A stretch of DNA of 64,000 bases from Macrostomum lignano (lineage: Eukaryota). Within the stretch, counting starts at the first letter, position 1. Every line of letters begins with the position of its first letter. Below, in pieces: positions 23,901 through 37,334 of the stretch. The stretch lies in assembly GCA_002269645.1 (NCBI GenBank), contig NIVC01002358.1:86015-150014 (forward strand), in the 5' to 3' direction. The notes beneath the pieces were generated by a model, which saw nothing but the letters and a program-made list of their open reading frames with translations, had not been told where the DNA came from and ran no database searches. The position numbers and the translations under genes are program-made.

Positions 23901-24810
23901 GAAATCCACAACCCTGTATTTGAAATCCACAACCCTGTATTTGAAATCCGCAACCCTGTATTTAAAATCCACAACCCTGTATTTGAAATCCACAACCCTG
24001 TATTTGAAATCGACAGCCCTGTATTTGAAATCCACAACCCTGTATTTGAAATCCACAACCCTGTATTTTAAATCGACAGCCCTGTATTTAAAATCCACAA
24101 CCCTGTATTTGAAATCCACAACCCTGTATTTGAAATCCACAACCCTGTATTTGAAATCCACAACCCTGTATTTGAAATCCACAACCCTGTATTTGAAATC
24201 GACAGCCCTGTATTTGAAATCCGCAACCCTGTATTTGAAATCCACAACCCTGTATTTAAAATCCACAACCCTGTATTTGAAATCCACAACCCTGTATTTG
24301 AAATCCACAACCCTGTATTTGAAATCCACAACCCTGTATTTGAAATCCACAACCCTGTATTTGAAATCCACAACCCTGTATTTGAAATCCACAACCCTGT
24401 ATTTGAAATCCACAACCCTGTATTTGAAATCGACAGCCCTGTATTTGAAATCCGCAACCCTGTATTTGAAATCCACAACCCTGTATTTGAAATCCACAAC
24501 CCTGTATTTGAAATCCACAACCCTGTATTTGAAATCCACAACCCTGTATTTGAAATCGACAGCCCTGTATTTGAAATCCGCAACCCTGTATTTGAAATCC
24601 ACAACCCTGTATTTAAAATCCACAACCCTGTATTTGAAATCCACAACCCTGTATTTGAAATCCACAACCCTGTATTTGAAATCCACAACCCTGTATTTGA
24701 AATCCACAACCCTGTATTTGAAATCCACAACCCTGTATTTGAAATCCACAACCCTGTATTTGAAATCCACAACCCTGTATTTGAAATCGCCAACCCTGTA
24801 TTTGAAATCC
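20948..24810. repeat. 3.9-kb 21-bp satellite (ccctgtatttgaaatcNNNaa) with higher-order structure
   Basis: About 184 units. A +1-nt variant unit marks blocks of 64, 211, 169, 358, 211, 169, 442, 169, 400 and 274 bp. Confidence 0.97.
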
Positions 24811-25548
24811 AGGAGCAGCCATTGTTCCAGACTGCGCCAGTCTCTCAGATTGTCAGTGTTTCCAGAAAAACTAATTAATTAATTTCCAGCTCCGGCCCGA
24901 CACTCGAAACGTCGTGAAGTGTTGAGCGAGTGGGTGGCAGTCAAATCTTAGCTAAACGGTTCTCAGTTGCACACCTTTAGTTTATTGATTATTCAATCAG
25001 CACAACGATGCTTTGTCAACCCGCCGCCCCTCACGCATCCCCTGTTGCTAGGCAGGCGCAATGATACTATTATTATTATTATTTTCGCAGTCATCCTACT
25101 CAACAGCTTCTCAGGGGGAGAGCAGGGTTATATTTTAGCTCGGCGAGTTGGCCCGCCCTGACAGCCGAGAGAATTCACGGCCGCTGTCCCAGCCTCTCAA
25201 TCTGTTCTGCTATTTTGACCAAGCCCTTGTTCATCATCTCTCCTGCTGTTTGTCTATTCACTTCTGTTCGGTGTAGCTGGCATTGAGAGCCCCGGAGACC
25301 CGCCCTTGCCAGGCCTGACCCACCCCCAAGCCCAGCTGCAGTCGCAGACAGCATAAAAAAAGAAAGAAAAGAAACTTCGCAAACACTCATTGAATAAGGA
25401 CCGCAGCAGCTCTCTTTGACGCGAAAACTTACACGGAGAGTGCCGGGCGTGTTTTGGCCTTGCTCAAGACAGCTTGAGTCCACCCCCCCCCTTGCAGTAG
25501 CTGGGCTTTGGTTCTCACGGTTTGACAACTCTTATCAGCTGAGAGACC

Positions 25549-28500
25549 ATGTCAGCCTCCGCTGTTCTACATCCTTGGCATTCTCCGATTGCCGCTCTGT
25601 TGAAGCTGCTGCCGCCGCTGCTGGCGGTGGTGCTGTTGATGATGGGTCTGCCGCGGACAGGTGAGCTGATTCTCAAAGAAGATTTCTTCTTTTGGGAAGC
25701 TTTTAGGAAAGATGGGATGTCAAAGTAGGAATTATGGACGGATTGATGTAGAAAAAATAGGAAAGATAGAGGGGAACAAGGGGGAGATTGATGGGTGAAT
25801 CCAGGAGATGAGATCCAGAGAGAGAGACGAAGGACAGAGGGAGAGATGAGAGACAGAGGGGGAGATGAGAGATTGAGAAAGAGATGAGAGATTGAGGGGA
25901 GACAATGGACAGAGGGGGGAGGAGAGGGACAGAGGGGGAGGAGAGGGACAGAGGGGGAGATGAGGGACAGAGGGGGAGATGAGGGACAGAGGGGAGATGA
26001 GGGACAGAGGGAGAGATGAGGGACAGAGGGGGAGATGAGGGACAGAGGGGGAGATGAGAGATTGAGGGAGAGATGAGGGACAGAGGGGGAAATGAGGGAC
26101 AGAGGGGGAGGAGAGGGACAGAGGGGGAGATGAGGGACAGAGGGGGAGATGAGGGACAGAGGGAGAGATGAGGGACAGAGGGGGAGATGAGGGACAGAGG
26201 GGGAGAGATGAGGGACAGAGGGGGAGATGAGGGACAGAGGGGGAGATGAGGGACAGAGGGGGAGGAGAGGGACAGAGGGGGAGGAGAGGGACAGAGGGGG
26301 AGGAGAGGGACAGAGGGGGAGGAGAGGGACAGAGGGGGAGGAGAGGGACAGAGGGGGAGATGAGGGACAGAGGGGGAGATGAGGGACAGAGGGGGAGATG
26401 AGAGATTGAGGGGAGACAATGGACAGAGGGGGGAGATGAGGGACAGAGGGGGAGATGAGGGACAGAGGGGGAGGAGAGGGACAGAGGGGGAGATGAGGGA
26501 CAGAGGGGGAGATGAGGGACAGAGGGGAGATGAGGGACAGAGGGGAGGAGAGGGACAGAGGGGGAGATGAGGGACAGAGGGAGAGATGAGGGACAGAGGG
26601 GGAGATGAGGGACAGAGGGGGAGATGAGGGACAGAGGGAGAGATGAGGGACAGAGGGGGAGATGAGGGACAGAGGGGGAGATGAGGGACAGAGGGGGAGA
26701 TGAGGGACAGAGGGGGAGATGAGTGATTGAGGGGAGACAATGGACAGAGGGGGAGGAGAGGGACAGAGGGGGAGGAGAGGGACAGAGGGGGAGATGAGTG
26801 ATTGAGGGGAGACAATGGACAGAGGGGGAGGAGAGGGACAGATGGGGAGTGATGAGGGACAGAGGGGAGTGATGAGGGACAGATGGGAGTGATGAGGGAC
26901 AGAGGGGGAGTGATGAGGGACAGAGGGGAGAGCACCAGAGCTGCATCGCCTACCTTTTCCGCAACCCGACAGCTGAGGCCGCCTGCAACAGCAGTTTGAA
27001 CATCTCGGAGATCAGTGAGACCACACCAGCCGGTTATGGCATCTACTCAATCGACTCAAGCTACCAGAACACCCTGCTGGGACTGCCTGAGTACATCTGC
27101 TACTTTGAGCTCAGTGGCGGCTTCCTGCGACTCGCTCGCACCTTCGATCTCGAGAATTTCACCTCGTGCAGCGACGGCTCAACCATCTCGAAAGCGTCCG
27201 TGCCGTCCGCCATCACCGTCACCATTCAGTGCACATCATCTTCGGACACGGCCACCTTCCTCATCCGGCTGGTGGATGTGAACGAGTTCCCGCCAGCCTT
27301 CAGCCCGAACTACTTTGCGGTGAACGTGTCTGAGGTCTGCGCGCTTTGATGGATTGCTAATCTAGCCAAGATGCATGAATCACCAAGCAATACGTTGACC
27401 ACCCCTCTCCACCCTCCAGTCAGCCAGTGTCAACACGCTCATCACGCAGCTCAACAGTCACGTGACCGACGCCGACAAGTCCAATCAGCTGACCTTCAAC
27501 TTTCAACTGACGGTGCGCAGCTGATGCATTTTTCTACTTTTTTCTTCTCCACACACTCCCTTGTCAACCCTCTGCAGACTGTCAGCTCCCAGCCTAAGGA
27601 CTCCCCTACCCAGCCTACAGACTCTCCTACCCAATCTACAGACTCCCCTACCCAATCTACAGACTCCCCTACCCAATCTACAGACTCCCCTACCCAATCT
27701 ACAGACTCCCCTACCCAGCCTACAGACTCCCCTACCCAGCCTACAGACTCCCCTACTCAGCCTACAGACTCCCCTACCCAGCCTACAGACTCCCCTACCC
27801 AGCCTACAGACTCCCCTACCCAATCTACAGACTCTCCTACCCAGCCTACAGACTCTCCTACCCAGCCTACAGACTCTCCTACCCAGCCTACAGACTCTCC
27901 TACCCAGCCTACAGACTCCCCTATCCAGCCTACAGACTCCCCTACCCAGCCTACAGACTCTCCTACCCAGCTTACAGACTCCCCTACCCAGCCTACAGAC
28001 TCCCCTACCCAGCCTACAGACTCCCCTACCCAGCCTACAGACTCCCCTACCCAATCTACAGACTCCCCTACCCAATCTACAGACTCCCCTACCCAATCTA
28101 CAGACTCGCCTACCCAATCTACAGACTCCCCTACCTAGCCTACAGACTCCCCTACCCAATCTACAGACTCCCCTACCCAATCTACAGACTCACTCAAGCG
28201 TTTCCCTTCCACCCGCTCTGCCAGAACGGCACACTGGGCAGTTTCTACATCATAGACGGCATTACATCCGGGATCGTGCGGCTGCAGCGGACGCTGGACT
28301 TTGACGCCGGACCGCGCCAGTACATCATGACCGTGGCGGCCTCCGAGCTGCCGACCGAGCCGGCCAGCCAGCCGGCGGCGCTGACGGGCTTCGCCACCCT
28401 GGTGGTGAACGTCTTGGACTACGACGATCAAAATCCTGAGTTCACTCAGAACTCGTACTCGCTGTACTTTATGGAGAATGTGAGTGACGTCACTAGCATG

Positions 28501-31500
28501 TGTTTATTAAACCGCTTCAGGGCTCCGGTTCAGGGGAACCTGTAAAACTTTAGTGGTTACCAAGCAAAGTAACTCCAGGTTTGTGGGCACCCGGGTTGCA
28601 ACGCCTTTGGTGACAATGTCCCACAGCCAGCGCTCGTATCATCTTTCCTCAGGTGATTGATTGGTTAAAACCACGAGACATTTTTCGGGTCCAAAAAGGT
28701 TCACTTAGTCAAAGAATTGTTTGACCTCTCTTTTGTTCTGAGGTGAGATTCTGTATCCAAGAAATGCTCGCAAATATCAATAGACTCGTACGATTTTCGG
28801 CCAACCGAGCGGCTTGGCAGCGTTGAGACACTTTTGAAGAGCATCTACATTATCTAGAATTACGAGTACGTCACCCTGTTAGATGAGCAGACCTTTTATA
28901 TCAGAGAGGCTGCTCTCCATCATGCGTTGAAGAATTCAACCGCGATGCAGACCTCTAGAAGTGTTTGCGACGAAGTGTAACTGATGTCCTTCAGAGGGTA
29001 CCATAATTTCTACTTTCAACAAAGGGTCCAGCCTCTTACTGCTTAGTGATCTCTTCATCCTCCAGTTGTCATATCTAGCCGTGCAAACTAAAGCAAAAGG
29101 CAGTGAAAGCGGCTGATTGAACCCCCCCCCCTCCCACGGCTCCATCCAGAACACCGCTTACATGAACTCACCGCTGACCCCCTCCCACGGCTCCATCCAG
29201 AACACCGCTTACATGAACTCACCGCTGACCCCCTTCCACGGCTCCATCCAGAACACCGCTTACATGAACTCGCCGCTGACCCCCTCCCACGGCTCCATCC
29301 AGAACACTGCTTACATGAACTCGCCGCTGACCCCCTCCCACGGCTCCATCCAGAACACCGCTTGCATGAACTCGCCGCTGACCCCCTCCCACGGCTCCAT
29401 CCAGAACACCGCTTACATGAACTCGCCGCTGACCCCCTCCCACGGCTCCATCCAGAACACCGCTTGCATGAACTCGCCGCTGACCCCCTCCCACGGCTCC
29501 ATCCAGAACACCGCTTGCATGAACTCGCCGCTGACCCCCTCCCACGGCTCCATCCAGAACACCGCTTGCATGAACTCGCCGCTGACCCCCTCCCACGGCT
29601 CCATCCAGAACACCGCTTACATGAACTCGCCGCTGACCCCCTCCCACGGCTCCATCCAGAACACCGCTTACATGAACTCGCCGCTGACGGCCAGCCCACC
29701 GCTGCTGGCCCTCGACCAGGATGTGGGCATCAACGAGACCATAAATTATGCTATCGTTTCCGGTAAGCTAACAGTTGTTTGACGTGGTGATTCGTCTTAA
29801 TAATAAATAAATTCTATTGAAGTGAAAAAACTGAGAAATTCTGCCCCAATTTTCCAGCTTATTGGTGGAATTCGGCAGGTAATAATATATATTCATTGAG
29901 AACTAATCCAAGTATTCTATTAATGAGTTATCTAATACTAAACAGGGTGTCAAACGGGCGTGCCACTTTATTGCTAGGGTCGTAGTTTTGGTTACCAGGC
30001 CACCAGTTTGGTTACCAGGGCCACTAGTTTGGTTACCAGGGCCACCAGTTTAGTTGACAGAGCCATCCGTTTAGTTGCCAGGGCCACCAGTTTAGTTGGC
30101 AGGGCCACCAGTTTGGTTGCCAGGGCCACCATTTTGGTTGCCAGGGCCACCAGTTTGGTTGCCAGGGCCACAATTTTGGTTGCCAGGGCCCCCAGTTTGG
30201 TTGCCAGGGCCACCAGTTTGGTTGCCAGGGCCACCAGTTTGGTTGCCAGCGCCCCAGTTTAGTTGCCAGGGCCACCAGTTTGGTTACCGGGGCCACCAGT
30301 TTGGTTTCCAGGGCCACCAGTTTGGTCACCAGGGCCACCAGTTTGGTTTCCAGGGCCACCAGTTTAGTTGACAGAGCCATCCGTTTAGTTGCCAGGGCCA
30401 CCAGTTTAGTTGGCAGGGCCACCAGTTTGGTTGCCAGGGCCACCAGTTTGGTCACCAGGGCCACCAGTTTGGTTTCCAGGGCCACCAGTTTAGTTGACAG
30501 AGCCATCCGTTTAGTTGCCAGGGCCACCAGTTTAGTTGGCAGGGCCACCAGTTTGGTTACCGGGGCCACCAGTTTGGTTTCCAGGGCCACCAGTTTGGTC
30601 ACCAGGGCCACCAGTTTGGTTTCCAGGGCCACCAGTTTAGTTGACAGAGCCATCCGTTTAGTTGCCAGGGCCACCAGTTTAGTTGGCAGGGCCACCAGTT
30701 TGGTTACCGGGGCCACCAGTTTGGTTTCCAGGGCCACCAGTTTGGTCACCAGGGCCACCAGTTTGGTTTCCAGGGCCACCAGTTTAGTTGACAGAGCCAT
30801 CCGTTTAGTTGCCAGGGCCACCAGTTTAGTTGGCAGGGCCACCAGTTTGGTTGCCAGGGCCACCAGTTTGGTTGCCAGGGCCACCATTTTGGTTCCCAGG
30901 GCCACCAGTTTGGTTGCCAGGGCCACCATTTTGGTTGCCAGGGCCCCTAGTTTGGTTGCCAGTTGGTTGGCAACCAGTTGGCAACCAGTTTAGTTGCCTT
31001 CCAGATAAAAAAATTAATAATTACGCTTTTGTAGGCGTCTCGTGTTCGAACATTTAGAGCTGCTAATTTTTGGCATTTTGTTTTACTGCTTTAATTCGCT
31101 TAGTTTGGTGCGTAACAATGTGCTTTAAATATAATTGTAAATCTTTTTTACAACTCACTCAATCTCACAAAATTAAAACTTTCCTGTTTTTTTCCTTCAA
31201 ACAATCTCGCCTTCTCAAATGCCATTCCGCACACTCAGGCTCGCAGATTGACAACACCAGCTTCATCGCCATCAACTCCACCACGGGCCAGTTCAGCATC
31301 GTCAGCCTCATCGACAGGGAGAGTCTGCCAGCCAGCCAGCTGTTTGTGCTGGTCAAGGTACGCGATCCCGATCCCGATCCCGAATCCCGATCCCGAATCC
31401 CGATCCCGAATCCCGATCCCGAATCCCGATCCCGAATCCCGATCCCGAATCCCGATCCCGAATCCCGATCCCGAATCCCGATCCCGAATCCCGATCTCGA

Positions 31501-34500
31501 ATCCCGATCCCGAATCCCGATCCCGAATCCCGATCTCGAATCCCGATCCCGAATCCCGATCCCGAATCCCGATCCTGAATCCCGATCCCGAATCCCGATC
31601 CCGAATCCCGATCCCGAATCCCGATCCCGAATCCCGATCCCGAATCCCGATCCCGAATCCCGATCCCGAATCCCGATCCTGAATCCCGATCCCGAATCCC
31701 GATCCCGAATCCCGATCCCGAATCCCGATCCCGAATCCCGATCCCGAATCCCGATCCCGAATCCCGATCCCGAATCCCGATCCCGAATCCCGATCCCGAA
31801 TCCCGATCCCGAATCCCGATCCCGAATCCCGATCCCGAATCCCGATCCCGAATCCCGATCCCGAATCCCGATCCCGAATCCCGATCCCGAATCCCGATCC
31901 CGAATCCCGATCCCGAATCCCGATCCCGAATCCCGATCCCGAATCCCGATCCCGAATCCCGATCCCGAATCCCGATCCCGAATCCCGATCCCGAATCCCG
32001 ATCCCGAATCCCGATCCCGAATCCCGATCCCGAATCCTAATCTGGAATCTCAAATCCCAATCTGGAATCTCAATCTGGAATCTCAAATCTCAATCTGGAA
32101 TCTCAAATCTCAATTTGGAATCTCAAATCTCAATTTGGAATCTCAAATCTCAATCTGGAATCTCAAATCTCAATCTGGAATCTCAAATCTCAATCTGGAA
32201 TCTCAAATCTCAATTTGCAATCTCAAATCCCAATCTGGAATCCCGAATCCCGAATCAGAATGAAGTTGGGCAAATGTCCCTAAAATATCCCGCAGGGCTA
32301 TCAAACCGACAAGCCCGCCACCCGGGTGGCGCTGGCCCTGGTGCTGGTGACGGTCGGAGACAGAAACGACAACGCTCCGGTCATGTCTGCAACAGACTAC
32401 TCAGCCACCATAGTAGAGAATTCGCCCGCTGGAACTTTTGTCATTGGCGTGTCCGCCACTGACAGAGACCTGGTGAGCTCAACTCTCGGCTCGTTGTTGC
32501 ATCATGTACTTCGAATCCTGGAAATACCGCTAGCCTTACGAGATTTCCAGTCACGGGAATTTCACAGGGATTTCCATTCTTATGGGATTTCCAGTCTTGC
32601 AGGGTTTTCAATTTTGTGGGATTTCCTGTCTCGAGGGATTTCCTGTTTCGAGGGATTTCCAGTATTGTGGGATTTCCAGTTTTGTGGGACTTCCAGTTTT
32701 GTGGGATTTCCTGTCTCGAGGGATTTCCTGTCTTTGTGGGATTTCCAGTATTGTTGGATTTCCAGTTTTGTGGGATTTCCAGTTTTGTAGGACTTCAAGT
32801 TTTGTAGGACTTCCAGTTTTGTGGGATTTTCAGTTTTGTGGGATTTCCAGTTTTGTGGGATTTCCAGTTTTGTGGGATTTCCAGTTTTGTGGGATTTCTA
32901 GTTTTGTGGGATTTCCTGTCTCGAGGGATTTCCTGTCTTTGTGGGATTTCCAGTATTGTGGGATTTCCAGTTTTGTGGGATTTCCAGTTTTGTGGGATTT
33001 CCAGTATTGTGGGATTTCCAGTTTTGTGGGATTTCCAGTTTTGTGGGATTTCCAGTATTGTGGGATTTCCAGTTTTGTGGGATTTCCAGTTTTGTGGGAT
33101 TTCCAGTTTTGTGGGATTTCCAGTCTTTGTGGAATTTTCAGTCTTGTGGGATTTCCAGCTTCGCGCTTCTGAGACTCTCAAGCATCCCTACAACCGTTGC
33201 AGGGCGAGAATTCCACAGTCAGCTATCTGCTGGCCGATCCCAGTGGCGCCTTTCAAATCGATCCCAACAGCGGTCACGTGACTGTGGCCAACGCCAGCCT
33301 GCTGGACCGGGAGGCAACGCCAGAGTTCAATGTTACAGTGAGTTCAGTTTTTCCCACTGACCTACTGAAAGTACCAAGACTGGATGCGGGGTCGCCTGGT
33401 ATCTGACTTGGGATCAGGAAGGGATGAATCGTGTAGCTGTAAGGTCCCGGATTCGATTCCGCCCACCGCAACATAATCACTTAGTGTCTGTCGGGATAAT
33501 TCGGGATTCGGGATGGATAATTCGGGATTCGGGATGGATAAGCCGGGATTCGGGATGGATAAGCCGGGATTCGGGATGGATAAGTCGGGATTCGGGATGG
33601 ATAAGTCGGGATTCGGGATCGATAAGCCGGGATTCAGGATGGATAATTCGGGATTTGGGATGGATAAGTCGGGATTCGGGATGGATAAGTCGGGATTCGG
33701 GATGGATAAGTCGGGATTCAGGATGGATAATTCGGGATTCGGGATGGATAATTCGGGATTCAGGATGGATAATTCGGGATTCAGGATGGATAATTCGGGA
33801 TTCGGGATGGATAATTCGGGATTCAGGATGGATAATTCGGGATTCAGGATGGATAATTCGGGATTCAGGATGGATAAGTCGGGATTCGGGATGGATAAGC
33901 CGGGATTCAGGATGGATAATTCGGGATTCAGGATGGATAATTCGGGATTCGGGATGGATAATTCGGGATTCGGAGTGGATAAGTTGCCCCTTCGACTAGT
34001 TAATTAACCGAACAGGTCAGTAGCTATACGCAGCAACCAATGGCCTTTCGAAGGTCTGGTCGGAGGAGACGGCCACGCCCGAGCGTTTTGCCTCGACGCC
34101 GTCCCGCCTGACCATCCGCCTGACCGACGTCAACGACAACTCGCCGGTCTTCGCCAACGCCTCGGGCATCAGCATCAGCCTGGACCGCTCGGTCGCTACG
34201 CCTGGAGCCGCCCTGCACACGCTGGTTGCTACGGACGCGGATTCTGGAATTAACGGTCAGCTGACATTCAGTATAGTCTTTGTCAGCGTGCCCGGGGCTG
34301 AGTCTTTGTTCAACTTGGACTCGGGCAGCGGACTGCTGACGGCTGCGGCTGGACTGTCGTCTGCGCCCGGGGATCTGTGAGCCAACAGGAGGATGCATTT
34401 TGATGGAGCTGGTGCCATTTTTGTCTGTGTTTGACCTGTGCCAGTTTGAGAAGAGTGCCAGTTTGAGAAGAGTGCCAGTTTGAGAAGAGTGCCAGTTTGA

Positions 34501-37334
34501 GAAGAGTGCCAGTTTGAGAAGAGTGCCAGTTTGAGAAGAGTGCCAGTTTGAGAAGAGTGCCAGTTTGAGAAGAGTGCCAGTTTGAGAAGAGTGCCAGTTT
34601 GAGAAGAGTGCCAGTTTGAGAAGAGTGCCAGTTTGAGAAGAGTGCCAGTTTGAGAAGAGTGCCAGTTTGAGAAGAGTGCCAGTTTGAGAAGAGTGCCAGT
34701 TTGAGAAGAGTGCCAGTTTGAGAAGAGTGCCAGTTTGAGAAGAGTGCCAGTTTGAGAAGAGTGCCAGTTTGAGAAGAGTGCCAGTTTGAGAAGAGTGCCA
34801 GTTTGAGAAGAGTGCCAGTTTGAGAAGAGTGACAGTTTGAGAAGAGTGCCAGTTTGAGAAGAGTGCCAGTTTGAGAAGAGTGACACCTTACCTGATCAAT
34901 GCACAAAAACCTTCACCAGCTTCGTCTTAAACGTCGTGGCGGAGGACCGTGCGGAGCCGTCGTCCGCGCGGCGCCGTTCCACCGTCTCGTTGTCGGTACG
35001 CCTGACGAGCTCCACCAGCAGCAGCGCCAGCACCGTGGCGACCACTTCGTCAGACGCTGTCACCAGCAGCAGCAGCCAGGCGCCTACTTCAACAACCAGC
35101 AGTTCGACGACAAGCACCACGACGACAACGACGACGACCTCCACGACTTCAACAATGGCAACTTCTGCTGCGCCAGCGGAGTCGTGGAACGCCTCAGTAG
35201 CCGCATCGGCAGTCTGGATGATTAACGACAGCCACGCAACGGTTGAGGTGATGTCCATGTCTGTAATAATATATATATATATATAATACAGCCTCCTGTA
35301 TGCAGGGTAGGGAGGGGCTCTGGGCAGCTTGACTCTGGTACAAAAAATAATGCAATGCCCCACTCTGACTACTGACTTCCAGCTTCGAACCACACAGATC
35401 AGCAGCAGTGGCAATCAGACTGTTACCATGGAAACCGTTGTCCTGCCAGTCAACTCCAGTCTTATCGCCCAGGCGCCAACTACCGAAGCGCCGTCGACCT
35501 CGACGAGTGGCTCAACCTCGCTGACAACGCCCGAGTCGGTCACGTCGTTGGAGTCGCTGAACGCCACGACGTACGAAGCTGCAACAACAAGCGAGACGAC
35601 AGCGGCACCGACGGAGCAGCTGGTCCAGCCGGCGCCGCTGGGGCTGATCGTGGCCTGCGCACTGCTGGCGGTGATCGCCTCTGTGCTGGGCCTGCTGCTC
35701 GGCTGGTTCCTGTTCGAGCGGTCCCGCCTGAAGGCGCTGGCCGCGGAGCGTCTGGCAACCATCGAGAGCCTGCAGCAGAAGACCAACCCCATCTTCTCCA
35801 ACGGGCAGCACCCGCCGCCGCCGGAAGTCGGGCCGGAGTCGTGAGTTGCTTCCTCGGGAAATTTTGATTTAGTGTATTTATCAGTGATCGAATTTATTCA
35901 CAAAACAGACTACTTATTTGCGACTTCAAGTAGTATGAAGCCGAGAGGGGACGGGGCGCCATGAACGGCGACATGAAGAGTCAACGGCGATCTGAGCCAG
36001 AATGGGGACAAGGAGAGCCAGAATGGGGACAAGGAGAGCCAGAATGGGGACAAGGAGAGCCAGAATGGGGACAATGAGAGCCAGAATGGAGACAAGGAGC
36101 GCCAGAACGGGGACAATGAGCGCCAGACCGGGGACAAGGAGCGCCAGAATGGGGACAAGGAGAGCCAGAATGGGGACAAGGAGAGCCAGAATGGAGACAA
36201 GGAGAGCCGGAATGGGGACAAGGAGAGCCGGAATGGGGACAAGGAGAGCCAGAATGGAGACAAGGAGAGCCAGAATGGGGACAAGGAGAGCCGGAATGGG
36301 GACAAGGAGAGCCAGAATGGAGACAAGGAGAGCCAGAATGGAGACAAGGAGAGCCGGAATGGGGACAAGGAGAGCCGGAATGGGGACAAGGAGAGCCAGA
36401 ATGGAGACAAGGAGAGCCAGAATGGAGACAAGGAGAGCCGGAATGGGGACAAGGAGAGCCGGAATGGGGACAAGGAGAGCCAGAATGGAGACAAGGAGAG
36501 CCAGAATGGAGACAAGGAGAGCCGGAATGGGGACAAGGAGAGCCAGAATGGAGACAAGGAGAACCAGAATGGAGACAAGGAGAGCCGGAATGGGGACAAG
36601 GAGAGCCGGAATGGGGACAAGGAGAGCCAGAATGGAGACAAGGAGAGCCAGAATGGAGACAAGGAGAGCCGGAATGGGGACAAGGAGAGCCGGAATGGAG
36701 ACAAGGAGAGCCAGAATGGAGACAAGGAGAGCCAGAATGGAGACAAGGAGAGCCAGAATGGAGACAAGGAGAGCCGGAATGGGGACAAGGAGAGCCGGAA
36801 TGGGGACAAGGAGAGCCAGAATGGAGACAAGGAGAGCCAGAATGGAGACAAGGAGAGCCGGAATGGGGACAAGGAGAGCCAGAATGGAGACAAGGAGAAC
36901 CAGAATGGAGACAAGGAGAGCCGGAATGGGGACAAGGAGAGCCGGAATGGGGACAAGGAGAGCCAGAATGGAGACAAGGAGAGCCAGAATGGAGACAAGG
37001 AGAGCCGGAATGGGGACAAGGAGAGCCGGAATGGAGACAAGGAGAGCCAGAATGGAGACAAGGAGAGCCAGAATGGAGACAAGGAGAGCCAGAATGGGTA
37101 AAGGAGCGCCAGAAAAAAGGAAGGAGACAGGTCGCTAGGGGGTTTTCAGGCTCTAGTGGAGAATCATCCTTCATCCCCTGAGTCTAACTCAGTCCAGCTC
37201 GAATCGCTCGCAGTGCCCTCAGCGGCAGCCACTCGCAGCCAGACGGGTCAGCGGCGATCTACGTGTCCCAGCAGCTGGCGCCAGACCCGGCCTACCAGAC
37301 TCTCTCCGTGTCCATGCCCGTCTCGGACTTTTAG
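25549..37334 (+). CDS. Cadherin-related protein (signal peptide, 5 EC repeats, Ser/Thr mucin-like stalk, TM, NPIF), isoform a ~861 aa
   Basis: Exons 25549-25660, 26973-27334, 27420-27512, 28225-28479, 29660-29762, 31239-31357, 32296-32472, 33203-33337, 34054-34376, 34920-35247, 35383-35840, 37214-37334. All junctions are GT-AG with consistent phases. Ca-binding motifs DVNEFPP, DYDDQNP, DRNDNAP, DVNDNSP, DRE, ATDxD. Confidence 0.88.
25820..26930. repeat. 19-bp purine-rich minisatellite (gagatgagggacagagggg), cadherin intron 1
   Basis: Direct reading. Confidence 0.95.
27590..28190. repeat. 21-bp minisatellite (ctacagactcccctacccagc), cadherin intron 3
   Basis: Direct reading. Confidence 0.95.
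29121..29688 (+). repeat. 51-bp tandem repeat of the intron4/exon5 junction (11 acceptor copies)
   Basis: tccatccag|aacacc recurs from the AG at 29149 to the AG at 29659 (10 x 51 bp). Confidence 0.93.
29985..30990. repeat. 21-bp minisatellite (gccagggccaccagtttggtt), cadherin intron 5
   Basis: Direct reading; internal higher-order duplications. Confidence 0.95.
31364..32255. repeat. Compound array, cadherin intron 6: (atcccg/aatcccg)n followed by a 20-bp caatctggaatctcaaatct array
   Basis: Starts a few bases after the donor at 31358. Confidence 0.95.
32530..33160. repeat. 17-bp minisatellite (gtgggatttccagtttt), cadherin intron 7
   Basis: Direct reading. Confidence 0.95.
33492..33982. repeat. 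21-bp minisatellite (ggataattcgggattcaggat), cadherin intron 8
   Basis: Direct reading. Confidence 0.95.
34438..34884. repeat. 17-bp minisatellite (gtgccagtttgagaaga), near-perfect, cadherin intron 9
   Basis: About 26 units. Confidence 0.97.
35996..37110. repeat. 21-bp minisatellite (gagagccagaatggggacaag), cadherin intron 11; degenerate relative at ~37570..37700
   Basis: Direct reading. Confidence 0.95.

Noticed and set aside
20948-24810. CRISPR-like array (constant repeat with a variable part)
   Set aside because: The variable part is a 3-nt position with few recurring states rather than unique spacers. The context is eukaryotic and there are no cas genes.
20839-24882. Many long overlapping ORFs (FEIHNPV, LKSTTLY, DFKYRVV repeats)
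   Set aside because: They arise from a 21-bp stop-poor satellite that is open in several frames on both strands, with no unique coding sequence.
25703-37174. Repeat-encoded ORFs within cadherin introns (for example 25703..26946, 27371..28304, 30033..30993, 31070..32263, 33424..34007, 35910..37174)
   Set aside because: They coincide with intronic minisatellites, and the flanking exons splice cleanly around them.
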